Part shown: positions 54,421 to 58,500 of the stretch, one piece after another
Layout of the letters: every line of letters starts with the position of its first letter
Numbering within the stretch: position 1 is the first letter of the stretch
NCBI GenBank assembly: GCA_028710275.1
Contig: JAQTUL010000008.1
Span: forward strand, 1-58,500
Direction of reading: 5' to 3'
Source: Candidatus Colwellbacteria bacterium
GTDB taxonomy: Bacteria > Patescibacteriota > Minisyncoccia > UBA6257 > Colwellbacteraceae
DNA length: 58,500 nt
The notes under the pieces: generated by a model
What the model saw: the letters and a program-made list of their open reading frames with translations, nothing else
Database searches by the model: none
Told to the model about the DNA's origin: nothing
Position numbers and translations under genes: made by a program

Positions 54421-56079
54421 TTACATTCTCTCTACGGTCTCTATTCCCAATATAGTAAGTCCGCTCTTTATAACCTCAACTCCCGCCATCGCGACAGCCA
54501 GTCTCGCCTCGGCCACATTCTTCTCCGCAGATATTATCGGTGAGTTCTCATAGAAAGAATTTAAAACGTTTGCCGTCCTGAATAGATAATCGGCTAGGTG
54601 GTTCGGCTCGTATTTTTCCGCCGCATATCTCGCCGCGTCCGGAAAATGAACAAGCGCGTCTACTGCCCTTATCTCCGACTCTCCTCCTAGAAGGCCTATA
54701 TCTATCTTCGGCTTCAATCCCTTAGCCTTCTTCCTGATATTCTTAAGCCTCGAATAAGTATACTGAAGATAAGGAGCAGAATTCCCCTTAAGATTAAGCA
54801 TAAGGTCCCAATCGAAGGTGATATCGCTCAGCCTATAGTGGGAGAGGTCATAGTATTTAACTGAACCAATACCCACCCTTTCAGCCGAATCCGGATTTAT
54901 CTCCGAAGCCGCCTCTTTCGCTCTTTCGAGAAGGTCGTCTAATTTTATAAATTCCCCCTTGCGGGTGGAAAACTTCTTGCCTGATTCACCGAGCATCATT
55001 CCGAATTTCACATGGGTAAGCTCCGTGTCAGGAGCATAATCAAGCATCCTCGCCGCTTCAAAAACCTGAGCCAGATGGAGCGCCTGCTCATTAGCTACCG
55101 CGTATAAGATCTTCACTGGCTTCCATTTTGCCATCCTATATTTAATGGTCGCCAGGTCCGTCGTCGCATAAAGATGTGATCCATCCGATTTCTCTATAAC
55201 AGTCGGCGGAAACTTCTCGTTCTCAAAGAATATCTTAACCGCTCCCTCATCATGTCTGGCTATCCCTTTTGATATGGCATCTTGCACGACACCTTCGAGC
55301 ATCGGCTGATAAAAACTCTCCCCGAGTTCGACGTCAAAATCGACCCCAAGCCTCCTGTATATCTTCTTGAATTCCCGAAGGCTCTCTTTTACGAATATCT
55401 TCCAAAGCCTCGTATTTTCCTTATCCCCTCTCTGGAGTTTTGCTGTCTCCTCTCTCGCCGCGACCATAAGTTCCTCGTTATCATGAGATTCCTTATGAAA
55501 CCTTATGTATAAGGATACGAGATGGTCTATCGGTTTCCTTTTGAATTCTTCCTGATCAGCCCAGTGTTTATATGCATAAAGGAGGGACCCAAACTGAGTA
55601 CCCCAATCACCGAGATGATTATCTCCTATCACCTTATACCCCTGAAATTTCAAAAGATTCATTACCGCCGCTCCGATGACGGTAGAGCGAAGATGCCCAA
55701 CAGACATTGGCTTCGCGATATTTGGGGCCGAATAATCCACGATGACCGTTTTACCCTTACCTTCTTTAGAGGAGCCGTATTTTGGTCCAAGCTTCAATAT
55801 AGAGGAAAGCTCTTTCGCAAGCGTCTCTTTAGAAAGATACATATTTAAAAACCCGGGGCCGGCGATATCGATATGGTCGAAAAAGCCCTTCGGAGCAGTT
55901 GTAATAATGTCTTCTCTTATATCCTTGGCGGCTTCCTGTGGTGTTATTTCACGATTCTTCGCAAAAACAAAAGCCAGATTAGTTGTATAATGGCCCAGCT
56001 TAGGATCTTCAGGTATCGTAACCTTAGGGTCGGCCTCATGGGTCGCCTGGGTCAGAATATTAGCAATTACCTCGATCAT
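54421..56079 (-). CDS. argS: Arginyl-tRNA synthetase
   Basis: SAPNIAKPMSVGHLRS (HIGH region), the STRKGEF region and the DALR anticodon-binding C-terminus ending in M. Confidence 0.92.
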   Translation of the reverse strand: MIEVIANILTQATHEADPKVTIPEDPKLGHYTTNLAFVFAKNREITPQEAAKDIREDIITTAPKGFFDHIDIAGPGFLNMYLSKETLAKELSSILKLGPKYGSSKEGKGKTVIVDYSAPNIAKPMSVGHLRSTVIGAAVMNLLKFQGYKVIGDNHLGDWGTQFGSLLYAYKHWADQEEFKRKPIDHLVSLYIRFHKESHDNEELMVAAREETAKLQRGDKENTRLWKIFVKESLREFKKIYRRLGVDFDVELGESFYQPMLEGVVQDAISKGIARHDEGAVKIFFENEKFPPTVIEKSDGSHLYATTDLATIKYRMAKWKPVKILYAVANEQALHLAQVFEAARMLDYAPDTELTHVKFGMMLGESGKKFSTRKGEFIKLDDLLERAKEAASEINPDSAERVGIGSVKYYDLSHYRLSDITFDWDLMLNLKGNSAPYLQYTYSRLKNIRKKAKGLKPKIDIGLLGGESEIRAVDALVHFPDAARYAAEKYEPNHLADYLFRTANVLNSFYENSPIISAEKNVAEARLAVAMAGVEVIKSGLTILGIETVERM

Positions 56080-56101
56080 TATCTAAGATTATACGCATAA
56101 T

Positions 56102-56539
56102 ATGCCGGTTTTCGCCACAAACAGAAAAGCTCGTTTCGATTACGATATAAAAGACACTCTTGAAGCGGGAGTGGTCCTTACTGGCGCCGAGACGAAATCC
56201 GTCCGAGATGGAAAAGTCCGTCTCACCGGCTCATATGCCGTGATACGCGGCGGCGAAGCCTATCTATTGAACACCGATATTTCAGCCTATCAGCCTCAAA
56301 ACCTCGTAGAAAAGACAGAATCCGCCAGAACTAGAAAGCTTCTTCTTAATAGGAGGGAAATCGAGCTTTTAGCCAAAGCTATCGATGATAAGCTATCAAT
56401 CGTCCCTTTAAGCTTCTATTCGAAAGGACGAGTATTGAAGCTGGAGCTTGGAATAGGCCGTTCAAGACATGATTACGACAAGCGGGAGGCTATAAAGAAA
56501 AAAGACATTGGTAGAGAAGTAGGCCGAAGGATAAAATAG
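56102..56539 (+). CDS. smpB: SsrA-binding protein SmpB
   Basis: NRKARFDYDIKDTLEAGVVLTGAETKSVR...LLLNRREI. Confidence 0.92.
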   Translation: MPVFATNRKARFDYDIKDTLEAGVVLTGAETKSVRDGKVRLTGSYAVIRGGEAYLLNTDISAYQPQNLVEKTESARTRKLLLNRREIELLAKAIDDKLSIVPLSFYSKGRVLKLELGIGRSRHDYDKREAIKKKDIGREVGRRIK

Positions 56540-56615
56540 ACTTTTTAAGGCCAAAAAACACCAGTTTTTTGACCCCTTGTCAAATATCCTTATATTATGC
56601 TATAAATCCACTCAC

Positions 56616-56963
56616 GGGGATGACAGGCCTCGACGGTTTAATAAAGGAATAATTGCAGGCAGAGCTCGGATATCTCTTTAAAATTTCCGAAAAACAACAA
56701 ACGCCAACATTTTCAACAGGCGCCCTGCTTTCGCTTTCGCTTAAGTCAGGTGCTTTACACGGGATGCGTTCGACGCCCGAGTAAGGTATAAAACATTCGA
56801 ATTGCTCCCCTCGCCCGCCCGGACGATGGGTTAAGACAAAAAGGCAAGGAATATCATCTCGTCGCCAGATCATTGGATGAAATTCCTAAATATCGGTCTG
56901 GATAAGCCTGTAGATATTGTTCTGGAATTACTTCGGACGCGGGTTCAATTCCCGCCATCTCCA
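56616..56963 (+). ncRNA. ssrA: tmRNA (ssrA), tag peptide ANIFNRRPAFAFA
   Basis: 5' GGGGATG pairs with 3' CATCTCC, including G3:U70. T-arm GCGGG-TTCAATT-CCCGC. Tag reading frame GCC...GCT TAA at 56703-56744. Lies directly downstream of smpB. Confidence 0.88.
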
Positions 56964-56969
56964 CATATT

Positions 56970-56993
56970 ACCCCTCTTGAGAGAGGGGTTATG
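56970..56993 (+). terminator. Terminator after tmRNA
   Basis: ACCCCTCT-TGAG-AGAGGGGT followed by TATGGTTTT. Confidence 0.5.
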
Positions 56994-57119
56994 GTTTTAA
57001 AAATTACTGGTGATAGTTGGTGGGGCATTCTTAGTGCCTAAATTACATTAAATAGATTTTGCCACTCGTTCACTTTCTTGTAGACGTGTCGATCGTCTAA
57101 ATACAAAATATCGTTTCCT

Positions 57120-58283
57120 ATGAAAATCGCATTTATCCATAACGAGAAGAAGATACAAACGGGAGCTCATTACATCAATGATCTCATGTTTAAAAAACTA
57201 GAAGAACAGGGAGTAAAAGTTAAGAACTTTTATCCCCGTTCCAGACTTTTAGACGTACCAGTGGAGATGAAAGGACTTCAAAATATCCTTTTCTTTCATA
57301 GTCTTCTCGAGCATAAGAACGAAATATTGAAATGCGATCTCATTCAAGGAACCACCTATACCACCCTCGCCCTACTTCCTTTTAATATACCGACTGTTTC
57401 CCATTTTGGATCCACTTCCGCGGGATTCATAAAAGCCACTCCAAAAATCAAACTGATCGAGCCTAAGCTTCGCAGCATCTGGACAATGTTAAAGAAGGCT
57501 GGTGTTATAGACGAACTCGATATAAAAACCAGGCGCCCCCTACAGGATATTGCGGAAATAGAAAACTTTGTCGCCCGTAAGTCAGATAAAGTTATCGCGA
57601 CCTCGGAAATAGTAAAACAGAATCTAGTCGATGCGAATGTTCCGCCTGAAAATATCTCAGTCGTTTGGAATAGTATTGAAGATTTTTGGTTCGAAGGAAA
57701 CCCGAGCGAAAAGATGGCTCCCCCAGGATTAATCTACCTCGGCAGATTGGGAAGTGATGTCTTTACGATGAAGCTAAAAGGATTAGACCGTATGATCTAT
57801 ATCTGGAACCATTTTAAATCTTTACCGAAGACAAGTATCGCACTCACAAATAGTAAGAACTTGGCAAATTGGATAAGAAACGTTTTTGAGAATCACTACA
57901 CTTTCACAAACCTTTCGAAGGAAAGGATAAAAGAAAGACTTTCGGAAAAACGCGGTCAGATATTCATTAACCCCGCCCGATACGAAGGCTTCTGCCTTAG
58001 TATGATTGAAAGCATGTCTCAAGGACTGATACCCGTCAGCTTTCCTGTAGGAGTTGCCCCCGAGATCATCGTAAACGGCGTTAATGGCTATATCGTTAAT
58101 TCCGCAGAAGAGATGGAGAAGGTCATTAAGACAATCATCTCGAACGAGGATCTCCGTGATCAGCTATCTAAAAGCGCTATTAAAACCTCAAAAATGTTCC
58201 GCGCGGATAATATGGCGAAGAAGCTTGTGAAGACTTACGAGAAGACTATCGTTGAGTATAAGAAGAAAAAGAAGACGAAATAA
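57120..58283 (+). CDS. Glycosyltransferase family 4 (GT-B, Glycos_transf_1)
   Basis: C-terminal motif INPARYEGFCLSMIESMSQGLIPVSFPVG...NGVNGYIV (E-x7-E type). Confidence 0.8.
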   Translation: MKIAFIHNEKKIQTGAHYINDLMFKKLEEQGVKVKNFYPRSRLLDVPVEMKGLQNILFFHSLLEHKNEILKCDLIQGTTYTTLALLPFNIPTVSHFGSTSAGFIKATPKIKLIEPKLRSIWTMLKKAGVIDELDIKTRRPLQDIAEIENFVARKSDKVIATSEIVKQNLVDANVPPENISVVWNSIEDFWFEGNPSEKMAPPGLIYLGRLGSDVFTMKLKGLDRMIYIWNHFKSLPKTSIALTNSKNLANWIRNVFENHYTFTNLSKERIKERLSEKRGQIFINPARYEGFCLSMIESMSQGLIPVSFPVGVAPEIIVNGVNGYIVNSAEEMEKVIKTIISNEDLRDQLSKSAIKTSKMFRADNMAKKLVKTYEKTIVEYKKKKKTK

Positions 58284-58326
58284 CTTACAAAGATTATTAT
58301 CTGGGGCTAGCTTCGAAGGCGGGTCA

Positions 58327-58344
58327 AATTCCCGCCATCTCCAC
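58327..58344. repeat. Second copy of the tmRNA 3' end (AATTCCCGCCATCTCCAC)
   Basis: Exact 18-bp match to 56947-56964. Imperfect similarity extends about 25 bp upstream (CTTCGAAGGCGGGTCAAATT versus CTTCGGACGCGGGTTCAATT). Confidence 0.8.
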
Positions 58345-58500
58345 CTCGTAAAATACACGAAAGACCATCAATGTGATGGTCTTTCGTGTATTTTAGACTA
58401 ATCTATAACATTTATTTTTCCTCCCCTCCCTTGTCTAAGATATGAACATCGATGGCAGCCTCTCCACCCTTGATAAAGTCTTGAGACCCATCCTCTCTCA

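Noticed and set aside
56595-56873. 92-aa minus-strand ORF
   Set aside because: It lies entirely inside the tmRNA gene on the opposite strand.
1-58500. CRISPR arrays, rRNA genes and classical IS elements with transposases
   Set aside because: No regularly spaced short direct repeats, no rRNA-like conserved blocks and no DDE/IS110-type transposase ORF were seen. The only recombinase is the large serine recombinase.

Overview
This 58.5-kb window looks like a small-genome, CPR/Patescibacteria-like bacterium; that lineage call is an inference from gene content, gene compactness and tRNA style. All protein calls come from motif recognition by eye, because no database search was possible. TGA is used as a stop codon, so the standard code 11 applies.

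The core of the window is housekeeping: rny, gpmI, secG, rnj, trpS, ileS, a cysteine desulfurase, ftsK, recA, folD, glyA, dus, argS, smpB, hup and dgkA. It also holds 11 tRNA genes and the tmRNA.

The first 15 kb is an integrated island inserted in the 3' end of tRNA-Ser(GCT).
- It is bounded by an exact 24-bp direct repeat.
- It carries a large serine recombinase and a type I R-M operon.
- That operon is interrupted by a Shedu-like (DUF4263-type) nuclease, an orphan helical protein, a DUF45 metallopeptidase-like gene and a membrane protein with a His/Cys dyad.
- It also carries a ParB-fused DNA methyltransferase and phage-like orphans.

The most unusual signal is a family of about 130-190 bp hairpin-rich modules, with five copies and possibly a sixth.
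- Each copy sits just past the 3' end of a tRNA gene: Ser, Gly-TCC, His or Trp.
- Each ends in a partial direct copy of that tRNA's 3' end, and four of the five also carry an inverted copy of its T-loop/T-stem (the truncated copy E lacks it).
- The hairpins covary between copies.
- One copy forms the right edge of the serine-recombinase island.

Other notable points:
- IleRS carries a roughly 200-aa histidine-phosphatase domain inserted in its catalytic body.
- HsdM is fused in frame to an excisionase/MerR-type HTH.
- The tmRNA 3' end is duplicated around a glycosyltransferase gene.
- A phosphomannomutase gene is split into two frames.
- A 638-bp ORF-free, hairpin-dense leader ending in a terminator lies upstream of glyA-folD.
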